From positions 1 through 57,610 of the IMG/VR virus record IMGVR_UViG_3300034103_001617: 57,610 nucleotides of DNA, one strand, 5' to 3'. Of the stretch, positions 46,381 through 54,266 are shown piece by piece; the first letter of the stretch is position 1, and every line of letters begins with the position of its first letter. The notes beneath the pieces were generated by a model. It was not told the DNA's origin. It ran no database searches and was given only the letters and a program-made list of their open reading frames with translations. The position numbers were made by a program, and so were the translations under genes. The stretch is from a virus (Duplodnaviria > Caudoviricetes).

Positions 46381-46550
46381 CATTATACGCTGTTTTGCTT
46401 TGTTTCGTAACGCTGTTTGGACAAAGCACGTTTGGCTCGTTCAATCTTGGCTTGTATCAGTTCTTGAAACTGAGTTGAACTAAGAGTGTGGTCTCGAAAC
46501 CATTTTTGCTCGCGTAGTTTATTTTTAAGTTTATCTTCTTCCATATTGCA

Positions 46551-46585
46551 AATAAAAAACCCTGGAGTTTTTAATTCCAGGGTCC
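46551..46585 (-). terminator. Attenuator terminator
   Basis: GACCCTGGA...TCCAGGGTT stem followed by TTTTATTT; its 5' arm also pairs with CAGGGTTC in the leader ORF. Confidence 0.8.
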
Positions 46586-46607
46586 GATAAAATCTTGTGA
46601 TACCTAA

Positions 46608-46733
46608 TTAAGATTTAAGAACCCTGAGTTTGGAATCCCCATTAATACGTGTGCGTGAATTAAACCAAACCAATGATTGACATTCACTGGTCATCTTGGG
46701 ATACGCCGACGAATAATGTAGTTCTAGTTTCAT
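46608..46733 (-). CDS. Putative attenuator leader peptide MKLELHYSSAYPKMTSECQSLVWFNSRTRINGDSKLRVLKS (41 aa, all 20 amino acids)
   Basis: Translated by hand; ATG at predicted +1 of promoter; overlaps antiterminator arm. Confidence 0.7.
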   Translation of the reverse strand: MKLELHYSSAYPKMTSECQSLVWFNSRTRINGDSKLRVLKS

Positions 46734-46739
46734 AGTTCT

Positions 46740-46768
46740 ATAATAATGCAAAGTTGTTTTATTGTCAA
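46740..46768 (-). promoter_or_regulatory. sigma70 promoter of tRNA-array leader (leaderless transcript)
   Basis: TTGACA-17-TATTAT-6nt-ATG. Confidence 0.75.
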
Positions 46769-46933
46769 CTTCAACTTGTTCTATTTATACCTCTAACGAC
46801 TTTGTATGATATTTATGTTTTTGGTTACGCTGATATTTAGTGCGAATACGCATGCGTTGGCAACGATTGTGGTTATTTTTTGCCACAAAATTTCTAGGCT
46901 TGAAATCTATCAACAATTGTTGAACCACGTCGT

Positions 46934-47203
46934 TCATTCTAAATCACCTTTAAGTGAGTGCCAAATTTTAGGATCACAGCCCAAATATATATGATACTTT
47001 TTGTAATTTAACCAATTTGTAATTCGTTGCACAATACGTTCAATATAATTAAAAAACCAATCTCTAAACCAAAATGGATTGCAAACTGCTACCAACAAAA
47101 CCAACAAAATGGGAACAATCAACACCGCAACACAGGTCCAATGAAACGCCATGGCATGATAAAAGTTCCCACCGTTTGGTTCAAGATTGATTTCTTTTTG
47201 CAT
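46934..47203 (-). CDS. Membrane protein
   Basis: Hydrophobic helix, NPFWFRD; own promoter. Confidence 0.6.
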   Translation of the reverse strand: MQKEINLEPNGGNFYHAMAFHWTCVAVLIVPILLVLLVAVCNPFWFRDWFFNYIERIVQRITNWLNYKKYHIYLGCDPKIWHSLKGDLE

Positions 47204-47246
47204 AATACCAATAGTACAATATCTTTGAATTTATGTCAACTGACTT

Positions 47247-47286
47247 GATGCTTCTCTCCGCGGCGGTAATCATAACCCATAGCATT
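47247..47286. repeat. Short copy of GATGCTT(C)CTCTCCGCGGCGGTAAT element
   Basis: Near-identical to the start of 47637..47679; ATGCT/AGCAT closing stem. Confidence 0.7.
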
Positions 47287-47294
47287 CTCCTTGT

Positions 47295-47576
47295 TTATTT
47301 CGCCCACACTAGAGCAAAGGCTGTGGCTAGACTATTGTTTGCAAATCTGTAACTGTCTCTGTACTCAAAATAATCATCGCCACAGCGGTAACCGTGTTTA
47401 GTGAACCATTGGGTAATATTTTCAAAACGCTGGTTGATTTCGTTTCTGATGCGGCTTCTTTCGCGCATGGATTCGTTGTGTTCTGCTTGATACCAAAGAT
47501 CCTCAAAGAAAGGGTCTTTGTCAAGAGCAACACAAAGATGCGGATAAGGATCTTTTTGTATTGTATCTGACCACAT
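47295..47576 (-). CDS. Hypothetical phage protein (FxLxW C-terminal family)
   Basis: AGGAG RBS, promoter TTGACT-17-TATAAT at 47602-47630; ends TAFALVWAK. Confidence 0.6.
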   Translation of the reverse strand: MWSDTIQKDPYPHLCVALDKDPFFEDLWYQAEHNESMRERSRIRNEINQRFENITQWFTKHGYRCGDDYFEYRDSYRFANNSLATAFALVWAK

Positions 47577-47636
47577 ACATGACTCCTATAACGAAAGTGT
47601 CATTATAACAAAATGAGTAATTAGAGTCAATCTAAA

Positions 47637-47825
47637 GATGCTTCCTCTCCGCGGCGGTAATTATACTGCATCAAGCATTGCTGCTATCACACACAGCCTC
47701 CACCCGCTCCCCGACCGGAGAGAATTCTCGCATTGCCAGCGCCGTTTGCACCAAACGGTAAGGTCCTGACCTACCACGGCCTTCTCATCCTCCGGACCAG
47801 AGTAGGGGGTGGCGCCCCCACGTCC
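47637..47825 (-). ncRNA. Candidate GC-rich structured ncRNA
   Basis: GC-rich island in AT-rich context with hairpins GTGGGGG/CCCCTAC and CCGTTTG/CAAACGG; 3' module duplicated at 47247. Confidence 0.5.
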
Positions 47826-48001
47826 TTTAATCTGCGGGATTGAGCAGATCTTCAAAAACCTTAAACACTTCATGTACAGAAATTTGTAGTTCTGAAGCAA
47901 TCCATTCTACTGTTTCCACTTCTTGACCGTAGCGGTCTCCTAGGTTTTGTGCTAGTTCCAAAATTTGTTTATCGATATTTTTCATTACTTTCTCCTTTAA
48001 A

Positions 48002-48343
48002 TTAATCTAAACGACTACCTGCGTAAGCATCAAAACCGTACTTGCGGAACACAAGAGCCGCTGCCCTAGCACCTTCTTCCAGCGTATCAATGTTCTGCGC
48101 CGGATAGCCTGCAGGATTCCATAGTTGGAAAGTCTTGGTGTAGTCTTGGCGCACACCTGCGGCCTTGAGCATACGGCCTAGTTTGGTATTGCCTTTGACC
48201 TTGAAAATGCTGGTCCATGCAAAGCCACAGGCATATTGGTCTACACCGCCCAGCCGCTCACGGAAGAACTTGTCCGATGCCTCATAGGCAGCATCTCGGG
48301 CTTCACGCACAATGGCGTTGACTTGATCTTGTGTAAAGTCCAT
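48002..48343 (-). CDS. Hypothetical phage protein
   Basis: ACGFAW...AYAGSRLD motifs; GGAGG RBS. Confidence 0.7.
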   Translation of the reverse strand: MDFTQDQVNAIVREARDAAYEASDKFFRERLGGVDQYACGFAWTSIFKVKGNTKLGRMLKAAGVRQDYTKTFQLWNPAGYPAQNIDTLEEGARAAALVFRKYGFDAYAGSRLD

Positions 48344-48591
48344 TTTAAATTACTCCTCCCAATTATAATCACTAAGGTCAGAATCATAGGAAACGTCCAC
48401 CAATTTACCTTGTTCGCCCAAACGAACAAAAAGAGCTACAAGGATGTCCATAAGGGCATCATTGGTAAGGTGATACTTCACAGCCACTTCCTCGAAGGAA
48501 AGTGGGCCCATCAAGTCTTTTTGGATTCGGTGTGTTGTGATGCAGGCAACGTTTGCCATGTTTTTTCCTTTTGGTTGTTTGTCTATAATAA

Positions 48592-48891
48592 TCAAGCACT
48601 CCAAAAAGTTTCGCTGGATGGGCTGCAATAGTACGGAGTATCATAACGCTCCAGATACTCTTTACCTGACATCATGTTCTTGCGAGAGACAAAAGTCTCA
48701 TACACATACACAACCAAGCCTTCCTTGCGGAAGTCATCGGCCAGTGTTTCGATGTAGTCACGGGTCACTGGTGCAAAGTCCTTGACTTCTACAAAACGCA
48801 GACCCTTTTTGTTACGACCGTAACGCTCGTCGCGCTTGATACGATTGTCTTTTTTGTAGATCTCGAACGTGTATTCAGTAAGTTTGCCCAT
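48592..48891 (-). CDS. Hypothetical phage protein
   Basis: RKNMMSGKE...DTPYYCSPSSETFWS; AAGGAG RBS. Confidence 0.7.
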   Translation of the reverse strand: MGKLTEYTFEIYKKDNRIKRDERYGRNKKGLRFVEVKDFAPVTRDYIETLADDFRKEGLVVYVYETFVSRKNMMSGKEYLERYDTPYYCSPSSETFWSA

Positions 48892-48898
48892 TTCGTAT

Positions 48899-48952
48899 GC
48901 TCCTTGTTATTCACTATACACATATTATAGCAAATCAGGATTTATTGGCCAA
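48899..48952 (-). promoter_or_regulatory. Early-type promoter/leader cassette, copy 1
   Basis: TTGGCC-17-TATAAT then GTATAGTGAATAACAAGGAGC (21-nt repeat shared with 50543-50563). Confidence 0.7.
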
Positions 48953-48986
48953 CCAATTTAAGTGTTACTGAAATTGCAACTGTTGC

Positions 48987-49292
48987 TTATTCAGCAACAG
49001 TTAGCATATTTGCAGGCACTGTCCAAGTGGTGTAGCCCTCGCGCACCTTGACATTTTTTATGTTGATTTTAACAACATTTCCTTGATGTGTACGCCCGCT
49101 GCGGGGATTTACAAATCTAACAACATCTCCCATGATGATAGACCGTTTGTTTTCTTTTACAATCTGACCACGACGGTATTTGATGGCGCTGACAATGCTA
49201 TTGAGTTGTTCATTGGTAAACGATCCAAACATGATTTGGCTATTGATTTGTTGAATGGACAAGTCAGACATGTATCGCTCCTTTATCAGCAA
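48987..49292 (-). CDS. Hypothetical SH3-fold-like protein
   Basis: GDVVRF...GNVVKIN.KNVKV...WTVPANML. Confidence 0.6.
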   Translation of the reverse strand: MLIKERYMSDLSIQQINSQIMFGSFTNEQLNSIVSAIKYRRGQIVKENKRSIIMGDVVRFVNPRSGRTHQGNVVKINIKNVKVREGYTTWTVPANMLTVAE

Positions 49293-49828
49293 AATTAATT
49301 TTGAGAGTCCGCCGGCGGTATTGTTAATAAATTTTGCAATCTATCCGCAGCGGAACGAATATCTTCGCTCAACAGCCCAGGGCCAATCTGATCTTCAATC
49401 AGTCTGGCTACATCGTGCAATTGTATCACAGCATCATGCAACAGTGGTTTTTGGCGCATCTTTTTTAGCCTTTGGAAATTTACTACACCATATACATTTC
49501 GTGGAACTTGTTCCATAAAAGTAAAGTCCGAGGTCAACAAACTTGCCACCGCATGCTTGACACTGATAGGTACTGATTTCTGCTTCTTCTGGACCGTTCA
49601 CGGCTTCTAGTTGCTTGGGTCCAAGCTCGTGACTCACAGCATGTGGCGTCATTGTTTATACTCCAAATTCATAGTCAGCAGGCACCAACATGTCAGCTTC
49701 TAGCACTGCATCGTGATAGGTTGCTGCATTCAATACCACGTTGGCACCATTGCTGAAACATGCTGTATAGGCACCGTTCACGGTGTCGTGCTGTATATCA
49801 ATAAGAAACGTATCCATTTCTGTGCCTT

Positions 49829-50071
49829 TCAGTTGTTGACAACATCAGCGGCTGCTTCTGCCGCCAATCGTTTAACGGCACGGCCTGCTGCCTCACGGCT
49901 ATTAGTAAAAGCATAATCGTCGCTGAGACTGTTAAAGCCGTGATACAGTGTCCACTCACCATCTTTGAGCCATTCTACCCTAACGTCGTAGGCTCGTTCA
50001 AACGGTGAACCATCGTGTACAATTCGTACGTTACCAAAATCTTGTGCAATATACATTATACCACCCCGCAA
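49829..50071 (-). CDS. Hypothetical phage protein
   Basis: FNSLSDDYAFTN motif; operon position. Confidence 0.55.
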   Translation of the reverse strand: MRGGIMYIAQDFGNVRIVHDGSPFERAYDVRVEWLKDGEWTLYHGFNSLSDDYAFTNSREAAGRAVKRLAAEAAADVVNN

Positions 50072-50223
50072 GCTTCATAAAATTTAGACATATTGAATCT
50101 AGGATTTGCTTGAGCACAGGTCCGTGCCATGGCCTCGGCTATGATAACCCTGGTCTCAAGATCCTCAATCTTTGCGATTGCTTCAGCAATCGCTCGAAAA
50201 TCTTTTCTAGTCATAATGCCTCC

Positions 50224-50538
50224 TTATGCCCACTCTAGTTCTTTTGCTGGATAAACGATCCGACCTTCATATTCCAATTGGTCACGCTCGTATTGGGTAA
50301 GGTAGTCGTCGTCAACGAGCTCCCAGTCTGCGATTGTTTCTGTGATGTAGTCGCTGGCTTTTTCAATCTGCTCGCGCACTGCCATCACCGTTGCAATTGC
50401 GGCGCTTGGGAGAACATCTCGCACAACGTATTCGTCACCGCCTTTGGCCTTCCAGTAAGCATCGTCGCCCTTGCCAATGGAACCATCTTCGTTCCATGCA
50501 TAGTTTTCGTAAACCTGGGTATAGATTACTAGTTTCAT
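50224..50538 (-). CDS. Hypothetical phage protein
   Basis: KLVIYTQVYENY...YWKAKGG; strong RBS. Confidence 0.7.
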   Translation of the reverse strand: MKLVIYTQVYENYAWNEDGSIGKGDDAYWKAKGGDEYVVRDVLPSAAIATVMAVREQIEKASDYITETIADWELVDDDYLTQYERDQLEYEGRIVYPAKELEWA

Positions 50539-50542
50539 GTTT

Positions 50543-50596
50543 GCTCCTTGTTATTCACTATACCGCTATTGTACAGAAATTGGCTTTTTTGGTCAA
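50543..50596 (-). promoter_or_regulatory. Early-type promoter/leader cassette, copy 2
   Basis: TTGACC-17-TACAAT then GTATAGTGAATAACAAGGAGC. Confidence 0.7.
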
Positions 50597-50634
50597 CAAA
50601 AAAAGGGTTGCAATTTATGCAACCCTTGGCAGAT

Positions 50635-51024
50635 TTATGCTGCTGTTTTAGCATTGAATCTGTTGCCTACCAAGGCTTCTTGCTTGGCGAACCACTGCTT
50701 GGTGAACTGATCTGGGTCTTGACCCTTGCGCGGCGCATCGCCCACCCGTTTGACTTTTACTGTTACTGTTGCATTTTTTGCAATCTTTGGTGCTTTTACT
50801 TTTGCTACTTTAGCAACACGAGGCGCTTTTGTAGCAGTGATGCCTTGTGCATTGAGATAATCAATTGCAGCTTCTTTACCCATTGCAAACGGTAGCTCAA
50901 TCATGCGAACATCTGTTGCACCCAACTTGGTTAACACTGCCGCACGATTTGCATCGTTAGCAAATTTGTAAACAGTTGCACCTTCAACAACACAAGTACC
51001 CGCAAAAGAAAAAAGTTTAGACAT
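50635..51024 (-). CDS. Basic Lys/Ala-rich protein (histone-like tail)
   Basis: KAPRVAKVAKVKAPKIAK; AGGAG RBS and own promoter. Confidence 0.65.
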   Translation of the reverse strand: MSKLFSFAGTCVVEGATVYKFANDANRAAVLTKLGATDVRMIELPFAMGKEAAIDYLNAQGITATKAPRVAKVAKVKAPKIAKNATVTVKVKRVGDAPRKGQDPDQFTKQWFAKQEALVGNRFNAKTAA

Positions 51025-51082
51025 TTGTACGGCTCCTAATCAGTTACAATACATCTATTATACAAAAATGGGATTTTTTGGT

Positions 51083-51418
51083 CTATCTTTTTTTTGGTTG
51101 CTTTTTTGCAACGGATTTGGATGTTGCTAAATCTGCAATTTTTGTTGCATTTTTGAGCCGGTGAAACAAATCTGTTGCACGTTTAAACTCAAAATTTGGA
51201 TGCTTATACATATAGTCAATTTTGCGCTCTAAAACTTGCAAAACTTCTAACAAGTCCATTTTTGTTGCAAAATCGCTATCCATTAGTATTTTGTTAATAT
51301 CATGCTTGTCCAACATGTACTCTACCCATTTTGTTGTAGCAGGTATTTTGTAATATTGAACTATTGCTTTTTTGTTATTGCCGGTTGCATATTTTGTAAC
51401 ATATGTACGAGCTTGCAT
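51083..51418 (-). CDS. Hypothetical basic protein
   Basis: AAGGAGG RBS; LERKIDYMYKHPNF. Confidence 0.65.
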   Translation of the reverse strand: MQARTYVTKYATGNNKKAIVQYYKIPATTKWVEYMLDKHDINKILMDSDFATKMDLLEVLQVLERKIDYMYKHPNFEFKRATDLFHRLKNATKIADLATSKSVAKKQPKKR

Positions 51419-51512
51419 ATATCCTCCTTTTACGAAGACTATGCATTGTATGCTAGAATGATTTGTTGGCCAACCAACTCTGGTTTTGAGATCCTGGTTG
51501 ATAAGTATTTTT

Positions 51513-51716
51513 ATGGGATACTACTACAGATATTGGGCTTGGGTGGCTGACATTGGATGCGACCCAGTGGATCTCATGCAAGATCTTGCTAGTTGGGGTT
51601 GTACAGTTGAATATGGGTCAGACAGCATAAACATCTGGATTCCAGAAAAAGAAAATATCCTACTGGTTCTAAAATATCCGGAGTTCAAACGCTATCCTAT
51701 CTTTGATAGGTATTAG
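51513..51716 (+). CDS. Hypothetical protein (LxLKY family)
   Basis: ATG 5 nt after TAAGTA. Confidence 0.5.
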   Translation: MGYYYRYWAWVADIGCDPVDLMQDLASWGCTVEYGSDSINIWIPEKENILLVLKYPEFKRYPIFDRY

Positions 51717-51717
51717 T

Positions 51718-51969
51718 TTACTTTCGATCTCGAGCTTTGACAGCATCTTTGAGCATGCCCTTGATCATCAGCAGCACTCTGTTTTTTTCTTTTTCGGTTA
51801 GATACTTAACCAGCACCAGCTTATCGTCATAACTTTTGGCGCCGTCTAAAAATTCAGCAGGAACAGTTAATTTTGATTTTGGCTTATTCTTTTTTAATTG
51901 TTTTTTTAAATCATCCTGATCCATGATTTTTCCTAGATATCCGATCTTACTTGTAACAATGCCAGCCAA
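51718..51969 (-). CDS. Hypothetical protein
   Basis: ORF in operon; likely start MDQDD. Confidence 0.55.
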   Translation of the reverse strand: MAGIVTSKIGYLGKIMDQDDLKKQLKKNKPKSKLTVPAEFLDGAKSYDDKLVLVKYLTEKEKNRVLLMIKGMLKDAVKARDRK

Positions 51970-52340
51970 CGTTCTACATCTCCATGTAGGCTAGCCATCA
52001 TTGCTTCTTTGCTGCCGAACATTTTTACTTCTTTCTTTTTTACATCAATATAATACGGGCTTGGAACTTTTTTGTCTAAAGTTTGCAGCAACTTTATATT
52101 TACATTAGGAAGGCGAATAGTCCAGTGCTGTATATCTAGGATTTTAGCAAACACCTGGAACCCTTGACTGCTCAAACGGTAGCCGCCATGCTTGGTTGGA
52201 TTTTGCCACCATGTTAATTTTGCTGTTTTTAGGTCTACTTTGTGATCCGGGGGCAGTGCGTTTAAAACATTTTCAGTGAGTGTGTCACGCGGTGGTTTCA
52301 TCGGGGTAGATTTTTTCACCCTGCGTGAGCAGCACAACAC
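51933..52340 (-). CDS. Hypothetical phage protein
   Basis: WWQNP...GYRLS.QG...SPYY; likely start MKPPR. Confidence 0.6.
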   Translation of the reverse strand: MLCCSRRVKKSTPMKPPRDTLTENVLNALPPDHKVDLKTAKLTWWQNPTKHGGYRLSSQGFQVFAKILDIQHWTIRLPNVNIKLLQTLDKKVPSPYYIDVKKKEVKMFGSKEAMMASLHGDVERWLALLQVRSDI

Positions 52341-52599
52341 TGAATTTGTTGGTCTTGAACTGCTGGTTAAGTTTTTTGGCTAGATTTTTGGCATGCCCAG
52401 GATTGCTGAAACTACATTTTTTGTATTTTGGCCCAGGGAACTGCATCAACAGGTTGGTGGTTTTTAGATTGATTGGTTTGTTGTCGAAGAAAACCGCCCA
52501 GATCCCTTCGCTTGCTAATACCTGTTCTGATTTGTAAGTGGTTTTGTCTGTGAGTTCTAACAAAACTTCGGGTTTAGGTCTAGACAACTTCTTCTCCAA
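52285..52599 (-). CDS. Hypothetical phage protein
   Basis: SRPKP.VLLE...GPKYKKCSFSNPGHA.NLAKKLN conserved-looking motif. Confidence 0.7.
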   Translation of the reverse strand: MEKKLSRPKPEVLLELTDKTTYKSEQVLASEGIWAVFFDNKPINLKTTNLLMQFPGPKYKKCSFSNPGHAKNLAKKLNQQFKTNKFSVVLLTQGEKIYPDETTA

Positions 52600-52618
52600 A
52601 ATAGTTGTCTATATTTAT

Positions 52619-52825
52619 CTACTTAAAACTGCCTCCGCCCAGCTCAACGGTTATAGTTGGTTCTTTGGCGTCTAGGATCTGTTGTTGTAGATCATCTAAA
52701 CGCATCAGCAGTTTGGTAAGGTCCGAATGTATGTCTTTGGCTTCTTGTATTGACAGCACAAAGTCCCTAGAGCCTCTAGATTCTGCTGCTTTTATTCTAT
52801 CAATTAGTTTGGTGATATGAATCAT
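52619..52825 (-). CDS. Hypothetical protein
   Basis: Coupled ORF ending GGGSFK. Confidence 0.6.
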   Translation of the reverse strand: MIHITKLIDRIKAAESRGSRDFVLSIQEAKDIHSDLTKLLMRLDDLQQQILDAKEPTITVELGGGSFK

Positions 52826-53265
52826 TGGGCTTCATCCTTGGTTTTAAAAGGTCCTCGATATTTGTATCTTTGTAGTGTGATCAGTTTTGGACTTTGTACT
52901 GCTTGCCATTTTTTGTTTTGGCAAACGTTATACCAACCAGCTGCAAACCAAGATTTGGATTTTTTGGTTTTTGTGAACAACGGTAAATGATGTTTTACTT
53001 CATAGATTGGATTGTATATTCTACAACCAGCAGGATAACCATACACATTGGTTTCTTTGGTATTGCCAGTGGTTACTTTAGCTGGGGATACAAAATCAAT
53101 GCCCACACGCTGTTTGACCATGTTAATGGTTTTGTAGATCTGCACATCACTGTTGATCTTTACAGAAAATCCATTATTGGTTGCTTCTATATTTCCTACT
53201 TTTTGGTCACCTTGTCTAAGTATCCAATACTGGTTCTTTCTCACTGGCTTTGCTACTATTGTCAT
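52822..53265 (-). CDS. Hypothetical phage protein
   Basis: SKSWFAAGWY...PKLITLQRYKYRGPFKT. Confidence 0.65.
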   Translation of the reverse strand: MTIVAKPVRKNQYWILRQGDQKVGNIEATNNGFSVKINSDVQIYKTINMVKQRVGIDFVSPAKVTTGNTKETNVYGYPAGCRIYNPIYEVKHHLPLFTKTKKSKSWFAAGWYNVCQNKKWQAVQSPKLITLQRYKYRGPFKTKDEAQ

Positions 53266-54259
53266 TTAGAACTCCTTTGTAAGTTTCATTGAGCCAGCGT
53301 CCGTATTGTTCTGCTGACTCTGAAATTTTTACCAAATCAAATTTACCACAAAATCTTATAAACCTTATGCCAACTTGACCAACGTCTTTGTGACTGATTT
53401 GTTCAACAATGGCTTGATCAACTTTGTTTTTTATTTCTTGCGGTTGTGCTTTAAGATCTATCAATGCTACGTTGCGATTATAATCATCCAACACTTTGTG
53501 TTCTTGACCTTCATGATCAGTCCAACGCTGTAGCATGAGATTGTTCCATGCATAACCTTTGCTTTTTCTATCTTCAAAAGCTTCAGTAAGACCAATTTTG
53601 TTTTTTGTGCCTTTGGTACGAACGCCTGGATAAGCAGAAAACACATTGTCACTGCTGTCGCCGCGCATGCATTTTTCAAACAACAACCATTCTGGATCTG
53701 GGATCACTTTTGGTTGCTTGGTTTTTTTATCAATCACCAAATTGTTCTTGCTGTCAAAGATACCTTCTAGGGTGATAAGTTCATCTGTGATACCATTGAA
53801 TTGGTCTACGTTTTTGGCCAGCAATTGTACAAAGTCAGTGTCACTGCTCACAATGGTATGATGATCATTTGGATGCAACGCAATGAACCTAGCAATGATA
53901 TCGTCAGCTTCTGCTTCGGGATGACGAATCACACTGCAATTTGTGTTGGTATTTAGAAACTTTGTGAAGTCATCGTAGGTCTGCCAAAACAGTCGATCTT
54001 CTTCTGCTTCAGACTCAGTGAGTGCGGCACGAGCCACTGCACGATTGGCCTTGTAAGGTTTGTAAAAGTCCTTGCGCCAACTGCGACCTTCCAACGCGAA
54101 TACCACATGATCCGCTTCAAACTTCTTTGCAACTTTGTTAATTGCAGCCAAGGTTATATGCAGTGCGTATCCCACTTTTTCTTCTGGTGAGCTTGCACGA
54201 AATGCAACGTGTCTTGCACGGAAAAACATATTTGCCGTGTCAATCAAAACGTAGTTCAT
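53216..54259 (-). CDS. T4 RNase H-like 5'-3' exonuclease (FEN/PIN family)
   Basis: LIDTAN, SWRKD.YKPYKANR, EADDII, SSDTDF.QL, RGDSSDNV..PGV. Confidence 0.88.
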   Translation of the reverse strand: MNYVLIDTANMFFRARHVAFRASSPEEKVGYALHITLAAINKVAKKFEADHVVFALEGRSWRKDFYKPYKANRAVARAALTESEAEEDRLFWQTYDDFTKFLNTNTNCSVIRHPEAEADDIIARFIALHPNDHHTIVSSDTDFVQLLAKNVDQFNGITDELITLEGIFDSKNNLVIDKKTKQPKVIPDPEWLLFEKCMRGDSSDNVFSAYPGVRTKGTKNKIGLTEAFEDRKSKGYAWNNLMLQRWTDHEGQEHKVLDDYNRNVALIDLKAQPQEIKNKVDQAIVEQISHKDVGQVGIRFIRFCGKFDLVKISESAEQYGRWLNETYKGVLNDNSSKASEKEPVLDT

Positions 54260-54266
54260 GTCAATC

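Noticed and set aside
47637-47825. RNase P RNA or HDV-like ribozyme
   Set aside because: Could not find the GAGGAAAGUCC and ACAGAA-CCGGCUUA signatures or build a nested double pseudoknot by eye; left as unknown ncRNA.
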